Notes under the pieces: model-generated | Told to the model about the DNA's origin: nothing | Database searches by the model: none | The model's input: the letters and a program-made list of their open reading frames with translations, nothing else | Source of the DNA: Myxococcales bacterium | GTDB taxonomy: Bacteria; Myxococcota; UBA727; GCA-2721815 | Direction: 5' to 3' | Assembly: GCA_002721815.1 (NCBI GenBank) | Contig: PBLQ01000013.1 | Coordinates: forward strand, 1 to 50,474 | DNA length: 50,474 nucleotides | Made by a program: the position numbers and the translations under genes | Part shown: in pieces, positions 27,801-34,593 of the stretch | Layout of the letters: the number at the start of each line of letters is the position of its first letter | Position numbering within the stretch: the stretch's first letter is position 1

Positions 27801-30800
27801 TTGGTGACTTGTCCGCAAAGCCAACAACTTTCAGACTGGTCTTTGAACGACGTGAACCAAGGCGAAGAAGAAGAGCGTAAAGTCTTCGCGCAATTTTACG
27901 ATGCACAGGGGAATGAGCTGGGCCCTCCCGTTTTTGATTCGATTTTACTCGATAAGAAACTTGAAATCGATACCGATTTTGAATGGGGTGGGAGTTCTTG
28001 GCTACCAAACGAAACCGGGTATTTTACCATGATCGATTTTGCCGTTGGGGTGCCCATCGGGGAGACGGTGGATAAAGTTTGGGTGGATATGGGCGCATAT
28101 CAGCCGGAACTGCTGCTTTTGTATGACGGCGAAGCGCGTTTGAACCCTGCGAATGAAGCAGAGCCTGTTCTGCAAGTGTACCGACGAAGTTTTACAGTGT
28201 TGGACCGTACCGATGCCCATAATGTGGAGGTTCAATTTAAGGTACAAGATGCTGCTGGTAATATCGCCACCTCGGTGTTGGGGACCACCAGTTTTGTCTT
28301 CCCTCCCGAAATTTTACAGCAAACCATTGTGGCAGATACGGCTGCAGGAACGGCAACCTTGTTTTTGCAAACCGACGAGATCAGCTCGGGAACCGTCGCC
28401 TGGGGCAATACGCTGGATTACAATGAACCGTTGATTTCCCTTTCAGCAGATACGCAGCACGAAACGATTTTTACAGGGCTGGTACCTGGCGAGCCCTATT
28501 ACGTTAAAATCGATATTGAGGATTTATCGGGTAACGCCCTTGATTCCATTTACAAAATATTCTTTTTAAGGCCCGCTGCGCCCGTAAGGGTGGTGGCCAT
28601 GGCTGGGGATGGCCGTGTGGACGTGCGGTGGGAGATGCCGGGTCGTTATGTTGGCAATGGGTACGAACAGAATCGTGACCAGTTTGACGTGCCGGTGCAG
28701 TGGAACATCCGCGGGTATGAAATATATAAGGCCACAGATAACGGTGATAATGTTTGCGACGAAACGGATACATTTACTCCTGTCAGTCCGGCAGGGGGTT
28801 ACGACCATCCAACCTTGTTGTACCACGACCAAGATGAAAATGGTGTCCATCAAGTGAGCAACGGCATTTTGTACTGTTATCGGGTTGCTGCTTTAGATGA
28901 GAATGGCATCGAAGGTGATTTGAGTGACATTGTTGAGGCCCGGCCAACTCTTAACAACGGCGGCACATACGTGGGCTGCGATACTTACGTTGATGAGACT
29001 GGGGCGACGCAGAACTGTGATATTACATCGGGCGCTTTTTTGACAAATACCGTTTGGACTTCAGCAGGAAGCCCTTACCACGTCAAAGCATCCTTGGCCT
29101 TTCTTGAGAATGTGGCTTGGTTCGTCGGTCCAGGAACCGAAATTATTCTGAGTCCGGGCGTCGAATTGGATATCTATCATCAGTTTGGTTTTTATGGACA
29201 AACGTCTGATGTGTTGTTCGAGCTGGATGATGACGGCCACGCCCAGGTAGATCCGGAGGGAATGGTGCATTTGCACGGGGTCGAGGGTGAGGCCGATTGG
29301 AAATGGCTGAAGTTGCATGGTGGTGCACCGCTCGGTCGGGTCAATATCGGGGCGAACCCGCGTTTCTTTGCGGGCAACATGATCTTTAGGACTCGAGTTT
29401 CCAATGCAGATCGCGCCCTCTACCTCAACGGTGGCGATTTGGTTATGTTAAACAGTTGGTATCACGACAACAAAGCGTTCGATCCTGTCACTGGAAGTGC
29501 CTTGAAATGGGGGCAAGGCAACTTGATTGAAGACAGTGGCTTCGGCACTTATGAGTACGATTTGAATCGTTTTGAAAATCAAGTCCACCGTAACAGTGAG
29601 TTTTCCGCCGAACATGGTTTCACCCAAAACATGGTGATAATGTGCGACAGTTACTGCTCGCATCAAACTTTCATTGATGTTGCATCCATATACGATTCGC
29701 AGAGCGAGAGCGTGGTTCATTATGGTGGTGAAATCTATTTCTCCGTTTTGTCAGATATCACCCTTGGTACTTATGCGCATTGGCATAACAGCCACGGCTA
29801 CGGAAATAAATTTTCGAACCATGGTACTGTATACCATTCGCTCATGGATGGGGTGGTCTTTACCGGTACCCAATTTCATCCTGGATTGACGAACAGTTGG
29901 TTTGTTGAGCCGCCAACAGCATGGTCCATCTATCGGGGCATCAACAACAATAAATATGCCGCTTTTCATCACAACAGTTTTTTTGATAGCGGTATTGCGT
30001 CTTCCATTGATTCCATAACGGCTTACGGTTGGTACTCAAATACGCCCACCACCCATCTGGACGCTAATTTCTACGGGGCAACTCATACCCTAGAGTTGGA
30101 CGCTGCCGACGCTTCCACGGATGTGTCTTTTCTGAACGACGTCTTCGATGATGCCGAAAAACCGCGTTTCGTTTGGGATGATTATCTCAGCGAGCCGACA
30201 CCCGTGATCCAAATCCAGGGCCCGCTCATGCTGGCAGAGTTACAAACGCAAAAACCTTATGACCTCACGGCACGTGTGGCTCATGGGGCTGAATATATCG
30301 CAGAGGACGCCGTGTTTGAATGGGTTTGGGAGGCAAGTGATGATAGCGAAACGGTTTCAGTTGGGTCGGTATTCACGGTGACGCCTCCTTCGAGGTTTAT
30401 CAACACATGGGAGCATGTGATTTTGGAGGCGCATGTGCGTATCATGACCACTGGCGGGTTTTATGTTTACGCCAGCCACACCATCAAAGCGCTCGAGAAC
30501 AACCAGTATCACAGTGGTTATCAAGTGATTCCTGAAGGGATTGTATGGCCGGTAACGCAAGATTACACCTTTCCTCAAGGCGCCCATTGGTTGCACGGGC
30601 CATCGTTGGTATCGCCCCCGGACAAGCCTGCCATCGCAAAGATGGTGTGTGGTTACGCGGACTGCGTGATGACTTGCTTCTTAAATGAGGAACCGCAAAT
30701 TTGCGATCACGGTGTCTGGCACGCGCGTTTGGATGAGGGTGCGTATACTTTACGGGTGGAGGTTCATGACAGTGAGGGCCTTGAATTGCAGACGCCGTTG

Positions 30801-31241
30801 ACGCGCGCTTTTACCGTAACATCAAATTTAGCAGAAACCGCGACGGCAGATGCAAATCACAGTTGGGCCACTGCCTACGGACCTTCACGTGTGCTGGATG
30901 GAGATACAGATACGTTTTGGTGGTCGGATGATATGGCAGCGAGCAATGTCCCCTCGGCTCAATTGACGGTTACGCTTGCGGAGGAGCGCTCCATTAATCG
31001 GATAAGAATTGTGACGGGTGAAAGGTTTTTGCAATCGTTTGATCTGGAAGTTTCTACTGATAACCAGAATTATGAAATACTTGGCAGTTATTCTACGGAT
31101 GCTTATGGTGTCAAGATGATAGAATTTGAGCCGACCGATGCAAAGTATGTTCGTTTGAATCAAATTACGGCCCAACCCAATGAGTACAATCGGGAAATAT
31201 GTGGCATCTTAGAATTGGGTGTCTACGAAAACCAAGAGTGA
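21873..31241 (+). CDS. Giant (~3123 aa) cell-surface lipoprotein/adhesin, paralogous at its N-terminus to the upstream giant; Ig-like domains, tandem 303-aa units, ~9 CarbD-like domains, FN3, His-rich beta-helix-like region, C-terminal discoidin (F5/8 type C) domain
   Basis: Start ATG 21873 (MRHLILLIFCISGVLGGCQP, lipobox). Residues ~30-170 align with giant 1. Giant 2 reads RADVRAAISGRVVLVDENGLNDVSRVRVELGKGEGGTTPEEDGSFQLSDLEPDVYELRV. Giant 1 reads RADTRAAVSGRVVLADTPGVSDMSRVRVEIGKGEGGSTPEEDGMFQMTDLEPDVYEVRV. C-terminal ...FWWSDD...RIRIV...YVRLNQI... is discoidin-like. Confidence 0.9.
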   Translation: MRHLILLIFCISGVLGGCQPVTNDTRADVRAAISGRVVLVDENGLNDVSRVRVELGKGEGGTTPEEDGSFQLSDLEPDVYELRVIYSGGLTPDASESAYQQFSRRLLLQEGGNLDLGDVELQLGVGSVSGQLSVEEGLDISSATVNLSRITSSDKSLRRVGDTTYSQALEEDGSFTLENVAVGSYYMVVEGDGISATSGSACLEVVSVDEDLQVKEAPSFSLASTAVRFSAGTDQVIGLDTSSRWLLSGEGVTVHIQASFAFAQKVWTQGEEMPAEFTDIDEADRADIVHIFENIEEGENEVYFQFADPCGFESEVLTLTLVRDISPPEILSAHLNNEVAYSTASTVALTVDAVDVLSDTLEMQWGVCLSGESDCTPLDSDASSWTPYVPYVSVPLAEGDGTYRLGLQLRDASQNATAVVERSVTLDTVAPTDLSLTIGDGSAFITEASQILRLTGEGIFEMQIGTDLADAPWQPYQEYSSYTFLPSSVPVTLYAKARDEAGNMTESVEASVTLDATGPQAPSVVLNNGELFSNGLAALADTDASVQGVRIALSVAGGEAGGQVLIAGDVEEAGAYPWPDHPTEVTFEREEGEKEIKVVLSDAAGNHSAVTKSTVMFDFTRPVLNNLRLNGDRGYAQSGNVSLGLNATELHLNHLQMKVALCVLSENPQDHLNPAEEMTCTPSLEELEWASFAAFQNLSFPEGDGAKGVQVRLRDGAGNESEATLMRAFVLDSTPPQNVSLTIGDGSAFITQLTQTITLTGEGIAEMKVGTDSAGVTWQPYQENFMYTFSPSDVPVTLYARAHDEAGNTTDFVEAMVTFDATAPQNAQVTLNDGSLFSNNDAYQANLSILGGEEGGQVILSGDLVEAGAYDWPNYPSEVTFVAGEGDREVQVALSDSAANFSDFVSAIVIFDLTAPVNNVASLNQDDLYSQSEVVSLVLNVTEAHEDGLQMRVAQCSLPSMPRDHLNPADPMTCDPVLEDIPWAPYASYQNLIFNEDGAKGVQVQVQDGAGNLSGAVQRAFVLDRLAPRSISIAIGDGSAYVTQRTQVVSIQDDRREATHMKIGLVEGLPGVPWQAFQDQIEVTFSEEEGEKTVYAQFRDAAGNETPSTSASVTYTTLGTITGKVVAEDLQDLSLVEVSVLGGSGSVYPEANGTFTISDIPEGVYTVQAQVTGPWASKYNVAQYGVAVEALQTTSMPDMVLNLARGNVSGAIDLEAQNHNGGVVVQLLPLSVADQGMADGGVANETWDGGEAEDDGFIYTTITTDEGAFAINGVVVGQYQLKASKPNYVSQTFAPIGVLANEMAEIPTIYLEVQKGDVSGVVQVEAFVGSMDDGNDSDGGTNDLRTRVSFLNLNSQLTVSPGEAFTFDGVALGPQTMRFEVLPPYDDLYAPVEKAVEVTAGLSSVPQVYMPLLRGSLSGSVANENTLPVIGALVSIQELDLVMVSNTNGEFEFLSVPVGVYTLKINSAGYGEETLTAQVQANTNTDLGLQTLVREKGNVQGLVNIEGGLSPNNVAVSVVGGSQSAQASETEPNSTNGSFLLEGVDPGLQTLRFEVTGGDAVNYLAKELDVVVQAAQTIEVNGGQPLTVLKARGSISGTVLLDNHNGDVDVLVQIPSESEAVLTNADGSFVFSDVPVGQYNLTFQRSGYQAATANNQLVTNGGITIVDTLTLPELLGSISGQVVLEEGSDFSGIEVSLTGTNHSVTTDIDGNFNLPDIRPGFYNVLMRNDGFQDLRENGVYVQALVDNDLGGFVLTRARGLLEGVVRLEGLENHLGIKVEFPNTGYTTYSAVDGSFDLNVPVGNYPDLTFSKTHYGTVVLADTITVTEYGTYAVEPVDLVQVSKSVTGSAFYQGMDDHQGILVQAYGLNAGGTETLVDETTTSTAGTYGFESLPLGQYRFRFSNPLANTSWSRPFFQVALEVGAAEEMPSVFLQNMFVFINDDDLATNNPVVTLNVGAMGCDTMRVANEGDDLSAAPLVTCPQSQQLSDWSLNDVNQGEEEERKVFAQFYDAQGNELGPPVFDSILLDKKLEIDTDFEWGGSSWLPNETGYFTMIDFAVGVPIGETVDKVWVDMGAYQPELLLLYDGEARLNPANEAEPVLQVYRRSFTVLDRTDAHNVEVQFKVQDAAGNIATSVLGTTSFVFPPEILQQTIVADTAAGTATLFLQTDEISSGTVAWGNTLDYNEPLISLSADTQHETIFTGLVPGEPYYVKIDIEDLSGNALDSIYKIFFLRPAAPVRVVAMAGDGRVDVRWEMPGRYVGNGYEQNRDQFDVPVQWNIRGYEIYKATDNGDNVCDETDTFTPVSPAGGYDHPTLLYHDQDENGVHQVSNGILYCYRVAALDENGIEGDLSDIVEARPTLNNGGTYVGCDTYVDETGATQNCDITSGAFLTNTVWTSAGSPYHVKASLAFLENVAWFVGPGTEIILSPGVELDIYHQFGFYGQTSDVLFELDDDGHAQVDPEGMVHLHGVEGEADWKWLKLHGGAPLGRVNIGANPRFFAGNMIFRTRVSNADRALYLNGGDLVMLNSWYHDNKAFDPVTGSALKWGQGNLIEDSGFGTYEYDLNRFENQVHRNSEFSAEHGFTQNMVIMCDSYCSHQTFIDVASIYDSQSESVVHYGGEIYFSVLSDITLGTYAHWHNSHGYGNKFSNHGTVYHSLMDGVVFTGTQFHPGLTNSWFVEPPTAWSIYRGINNNKYAAFHHNSFFDSGIASSIDSITAYGWYSNTPTTHLDANFYGATHTLELDAADASTDVSFLNDVFDDAEKPRFVWDDYLSEPTPVIQIQGPLMLAELQTQKPYDLTARVAHGAEYIAEDAVFEWVWEASDDSETVSVGSVFTVTPPSRFINTWEHVILEAHVRIMTTGGFYVYASHTIKALENNQYHSGYQVIPEGIVWPVTQDYTFPQGAHWLHGPSLVSPPDKPAIAKMVCGYADCVMTCFLNEEPQICDHGVWHARLDEGAYTLRVEVHDSEGLELQTPLTRAFTVTSNLAETATADANHSWATAYGPSRVLDGDTDTFWWSDDMAASNVPSAQLTVTLAEERSINRIRIVTGERFLQSFDLEVSTDNQNYEILGSYSTDAYGVKMIEFEPTDAKYVRLNQITAQPNEYNREICGILELGVYENQE
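23152..25215 (+). repeat. Internal tandem repeat of a ~303-aa (~909-nt) two-domain unit, ~2.3 copies (units begin ~23152, ~24061, ~24936)
   Basis: Unit A reads VTLDTVAPTDLSLTIGDGSAFITEASQILRLTGEGIFEMQIGTDLADAPWQPYQE...VTLYAKARDEAGNMTESVEASVTLDATGPQAP. Unit B reads FVLDSTPPQNVSLTIGDGSAFITQLTQTITLTGEGIAEMKVGTDSAGVTWQPYQE...VTLYARAHDEAGNTTDFVEAMVTFDATAPQNA. A partial unit C reads FVLDRLAPRSISIAIGDGSAYVTQRTQ... Copies are diverged, roughly 55% aa identity. Confidence 0.75.
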
Positions 31242-31253
31242 TTGCGGGGCGAC

Positions 31254-32546
31254 TTAGAGGCAATTTTGAATGATAACCCCGTCCGTGTTGGTCGTGCATG
31301 TGCAGCTGGGATCTTCGTTGTTAAATACGCCAGTGCTGAAAGAGCAGATATCGCCTCGTGACTTGACCTGGTCACGCAACTGGCTGAACATGCATTGGGC
31401 TAAGGCGTAGTTTTCAAAAATCGCAAAGGCAGTATGAGAGTCGGCATCTACCCGCGACAGATTTCTTAAATCGTATCCCGTGAGTAAAGGGCAGCTGTTG
31501 ATGAGGAGGCTGTTGACTTGTTCGAGGACCGGGGCCGAAAAAGAGGTGATCACATCGCTGCGGTAGACAAAGAAAGCGCCGCCGACTTCACGAAGTTTGG
31601 GCACGGAAAAGGATGTGAGAATATCTGCATCTTCAATGCGAAAGGTGCCGTCCACTTTTTCAAGGTTCGGTAATTCGAAGTAGTCTAAACTGTTGTTGAA
31701 CATGAGGTATAAGTCGCCGGTGATGGCGGTGCAGTGCTGGATGTCTTCGATGCGAACATTGCGGGTGACAGGCATGCCGCCATCGTTAGACGTGAGACTC
31801 ATGCCCGCATCGGTCACGCCAAAAGCAGAGGTGGTGGGGCCGCTATCGGTGATGACAGGTGGTGTTGCTGCGCCCGCGTCGGTCACCGCTGGCGGGGGCT
31901 GGTGGCCCGCATCATTGGCCATGGCTGAGGATTGCCCGCCATCCACAGCCATGTGGTTGCTGCCCCCATCACGGTTGAGCGCTGCAGGTGTGCCGCTGTC
32001 GGGCATGTCTGGGCTCTCGATGTAATAGGTGCCCTCACAGATGACATCATCCACTGTTTCGGTGTGTTCGACCACATATTCCGTGTCGCAGGGCTCCTCA
32101 CTGGGATTTGAAGGGCCCGCGTCGGTTTCGTCGCCGGGTTCTGCCTCAAAAGTATCAGCGCGGTCATCGTATTTACAGGGCGGGACACCATCGTCCTCCA
32201 TGGGGGCGTCAGGGCCGATGGTGAGGCTGCACTGGGCCGTGAGCGTGCGGGAGGTATTCAGGACGTAAGGGCTCGCGTAGGTGGCCGTGAGAATGACCCG
32301 ACCGTTTTGATGGGCAGTGACCAAGCCTGCTCTGAGAAGCGTGTCGGGTGGCAGAACAGTGGTGTCTTGGTTGATGGAAGCGATGGCTGCATCCGAGCTG
32401 CTCCATGTGATGACTTCGGGTTTGACCAACCGTCCATTTTCGTAATGTCGAAAATAAAAGTCGGGGACCAATTGTCGGGTTTCACCCACGGCCATGTTGC
32501 CAGTGGTGTTCTCCATGGCCACCAGCTGAAGGTCGTATAAACCCAC
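31254..32546 (-). CDS. BIG2 (bacterial Ig-like group 2) domain + Asp/Thr/Gly-rich linker + receptor-L-domain/LRR-like C-terminal domain protein; probably the body of a frameshifted lipoprotein gene
   Basis: BIG2 signature VGETRQLVPDF...ITWSSSDAAIASIN. The C-terminus has L-domain-like repeats (CTAITGDLYLMFNNSLDYFELPNLEKVDGTFRIED...LREVGGAFFVYRSDVITSFSAPVLEQV). The ORF starts at GTG 32546 with no signal peptide. A lipoprotein signal lies immediately upstream in another frame. Confidence 0.7.
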   Translation of the reverse strand: MGLYDLQLVAMENTTGNMAVGETRQLVPDFYFRHYENGRLVKPEVITWSSSDAAIASINQDTTVLPPDTLLRAGLVTAHQNGRVILTATYASPYVLNTSRTLTAQCSLTIGPDAPMEDDGVPPCKYDDRADTFEAEPGDETDAGPSNPSEEPCDTEYVVEHTETVDDVICEGTYYIESPDMPDSGTPAALNRDGGSNHMAVDGGQSSAMANDAGHQPPPAVTDAGAATPPVITDSGPTTSAFGVTDAGMSLTSNDGGMPVTRNVRIEDIQHCTAITGDLYLMFNNSLDYFELPNLEKVDGTFRIEDADILTSFSVPKLREVGGAFFVYRSDVITSFSAPVLEQVNSLLINSCPLLTGYDLRNLSRVDADSHTAFAIFENYALAQCMFSQLRDQVKSRGDICSFSTGVFNNEDPSCTCTTNTDGVIIQNCL

Positions 32547-32905
32547 GTGGAATCGAGGGTGTCATCTAAAGTGCCAGCGTCGGTCGTCTGGTTGTCGTCG
32601 GTTGGGTTCGCTTGGCCGCCGTCTTCATGGATGGGAGGCGGTGTGGTCGTGATTGCACCTGCATCAAGGGTCGTGTCATTGTTGGGTGGGGGCTGAAAAA
32701 TGGTTTTATTTTTTGTGGTGCCGTCTGTTGGTGCATTGTTGTCTTCTGGACATCCAATGACCAGTGCTGAAATGCTGGTCGCAATGATGATTTTAAAAAT
32801 AAGGTGCTTGGTTGATTTCAATGGTTTTGCTTTCTTTTGGGGTTGTGCAGGTGCCTGTTGAACCAGCGAATGTGGCGTGAAAAATTGGCGATTAAAGGTC
32901 GTCAT
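32547..32905 (-). other. Out-of-frame N-terminal segment (lipoprotein signal LIFKIIIATSISALVIGC + T/P/D-rich linker with TDAG repeats) probably belonging to the BIG2 gene downstream; apparent frameshift near 32546-32565
   Basis: ORF 32258..32905 has ATG 32905 and an alternative TTG at 32821 (MKSTKHLIFKIII...IGC). Its linker TLDAGAITTTPPP...TDAGTLDDTLDS matches TDAG-type linker repeats inside the 430-aa ORF. The meaningful sequence ends where the BIG2 ORF begins. Confidence 0.35.
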
Positions 32906-33386
32906 CGCAATCGTTCGTGTTCTGTGGCCCTAAATCGACCGCGGCGCAGGTTGGGTAGGGTGGACAAAATTCGTTGGCACCAAAAATGAGGGCGGAAATG
33001 TCTTCGAGGTCACATAAGCCATTGGGAATGACACCCGACAGTTCGTTGCCGTGCACCCACAGGTACCGTAAGTTGCTGAGTTCGACATAGCTCTCAGGGA
33101 TGGGACCGGTAAAACCGTTTTGGTCAACTTTAAGCGTTTCGAGGTCGCTGAGGAGTGAGAGGTTGGCGGGGAGTTCACCGGAAAGATTGTTGTCGCTCAC
33201 CGAGAGCAAAGTGAGGTTGGAAAGTGCACTGAGTTCAGGGGGAAGCGCCCCCGATAAGGTATTGAAACCCAGTTGCAATTGGTTGAGTTGGGCCAGGGTG
33301 GCGATGCCCAAAGGGATTTCTCCCGCGAGACTGTTGTTTGACAAAACCAAATTAATGAGTTGGGTTGACCAGGCTGTCCGAACCAT
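32892..33386 (-). CDS. Plant-specific-type leucine-rich-repeat protein (LxxLxxLxLxxNxLSGxIP repeats) with a Cys-containing C-terminal cap; probably the body of a frameshifted lipoprotein gene
   Basis: Five 24-aa repeats, for example LINLVLSNNSLAGEIPLGIATLAQ, LNQLQLGFNTLSGALPPELSALSN, LTLLSVSDNNLSGELPANLSLLSD and LETLKVDQNGFTGPIPESYVELSN. The C-terminus is CPPYPTC...NDCDDDL. Confidence 0.7.
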   Translation of the reverse strand: MVRTAWSTQLINLVLSNNSLAGEIPLGIATLAQLNQLQLGFNTLSGALPPELSALSNLTLLSVSDNNLSGELPANLSLLSDLETLKVDQNGFTGPIPESYVELSNLRYLWVHGNELSGVIPNGLCDLEDISALIFGANEFCPPYPTCAAVDLGPQNTNDCDDDL

Positions 33387-33438
33387 CGCAGGCCATGAGC
33401 CCGGTGAATAAAAAGGGGATGAGCAACGTCTTTTTCAT
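33352..33438 (-). other. Out-of-frame lipoprotein signal peptide ORF (MKKTLLIPFLFTGLMAC|DGSDSLVNPTH*), probably the true N-terminus of the LRR protein, separated by a 1-nt frame difference
   Basis: ATG 33438 with an AAGGA-like RBS, followed by a classic lipobox LMAC. The ORF stops 34 nt inside the LRR ORF, whose first repeat (TQLINLVLSNN) begins exactly there. Confidence 0.35.
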
Positions 33439-33688
33439 GAGGGAGTCCTTTTTTTTGAGAGGTGATGATGGGCAGACACGCAGCTGTCCCGAAAGGTAAA
33501 CCGCCAAGCCAGGGTGTTTTGGGCCGACGGCTGCCATTTAGGAGACGAAGCCTGTTTAAGCCATTGAAAAGAATAGATTTCTGATTTAAGGGAACGAAGA
33601 CTTGGGGAATAAAAAAAATTGTTAAATCCACGCCACATGGGTGGGGTTCCCCATATATAAGGGTGTACAGCCAACGACGGGGCATAGA

Positions 33689-34342
33689 ATGCGAATGAAA
33701 CTAAAATTATTGATAATGGCTTTGACCGTGACCTTTTCTGCCGGCTTAATGGCAGCAGATGCCAACAAGCCTCACGAGCACCAAGGTTTGGTAAAGCCCA
33801 TTAAAGGCGCCCCGCCAGAACTCAAGCTGACCGCAGCCGATCAGGCCAAATTGGCCAAGGGGGAGCCGGTTCGTAAACGCATCACCATCGGTGACACCGG
33901 GGGGCGCGGTGTGGTTGTTCAAGACATCCAAGCCCCTAAAGATGTGGTGATGGGTCGTATTTTGGATTTCAACAATTATCCCAAAATGGTGGACAAGGTG
34001 AAACTCACCAAAAACTACGAGACCAAAGGCGGTCACGTGAAAACCCATTTCATCATCGGTAACTTTGCGTTTGAAATGGAATACTTCATTGACCACGTCG
34101 TCAAAAAAGATAAGGGCTACGTCACCTGGACACTGGATTACAGCCGCAACAGCGATTTGGTAGACTCGGTGGGTTTTTGGCACGCCAAAGTACATCCTAC
34201 AAAACCGGGCTGGACGCGCTTGGTGTACTCCGCAGAGATTCGACTTTCTTCTTGGGTGCCCGGTTTCGTAGAAAATTATTTTGCCGAAAAAGGCCTGGTG
34301 AACGCCACGGCTTGGGTGAAGAAAGAGTCGGAGAAACGCTGA
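33689..34342 (+). CDS. Secreted SRPBCC (START/Bet v1-like, polyketide-cyclase-like) family protein
   Basis: Signal peptide MRMKLKLLIMALTVTFSAGLMAA. The ~150-aa mature domain has an SRPBCC-like beta-grip pattern (VVVQDIQAPKDVVMGRILDFNNYPKMV...WTLDYSRNSDLVDSVGFWHAKVHP...). Start chosen at ATG 33689. Confidence 0.6.
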   Translation: MRMKLKLLIMALTVTFSAGLMAADANKPHEHQGLVKPIKGAPPELKLTAADQAKLAKGEPVRKRITIGDTGGRGVVVQDIQAPKDVVMGRILDFNNYPKMVDKVKLTKNYETKGGHVKTHFIIGNFAFEMEYFIDHVVKKDKGYVTWTLDYSRNSDLVDSVGFWHAKVHPTKPGWTRLVYSAEIRLSSWVPGFVENYFAEKGLVNATAWVKKESEKR

Positions 34343-34593
34343 CGCGAAAACACCGGGTTTCAAATGCAAAAGATTCCCACGTCATATCTGATCCAACTTG
34401 TGAGGCCGCTCACACCTGTGAGACCTGAAAAACAGAAGAGCACTCGCTTAAGTTCATGAAAAAAAAGGTTTTTAGGGCTCTTCCAGCACAAAGAGTGGTC
34501 GAGCCCCCTTGCTTAAATAGGAAGAATTGAAGAGCCTTTTGTGGTAGAAATCCAGAGTTGGTTTGTATCCGCGACACATGAGGGGACTTCACA

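Noticed and set aside
33197-33685. 162-aa minus-strand ORF spanning the LRR gene start and the divergent intergenic region
   Set aside because: Wrong frame relative to both the signal-peptide ORF and the LRR ORF. Pro/Arg/Trp-rich nonsense-like translation.
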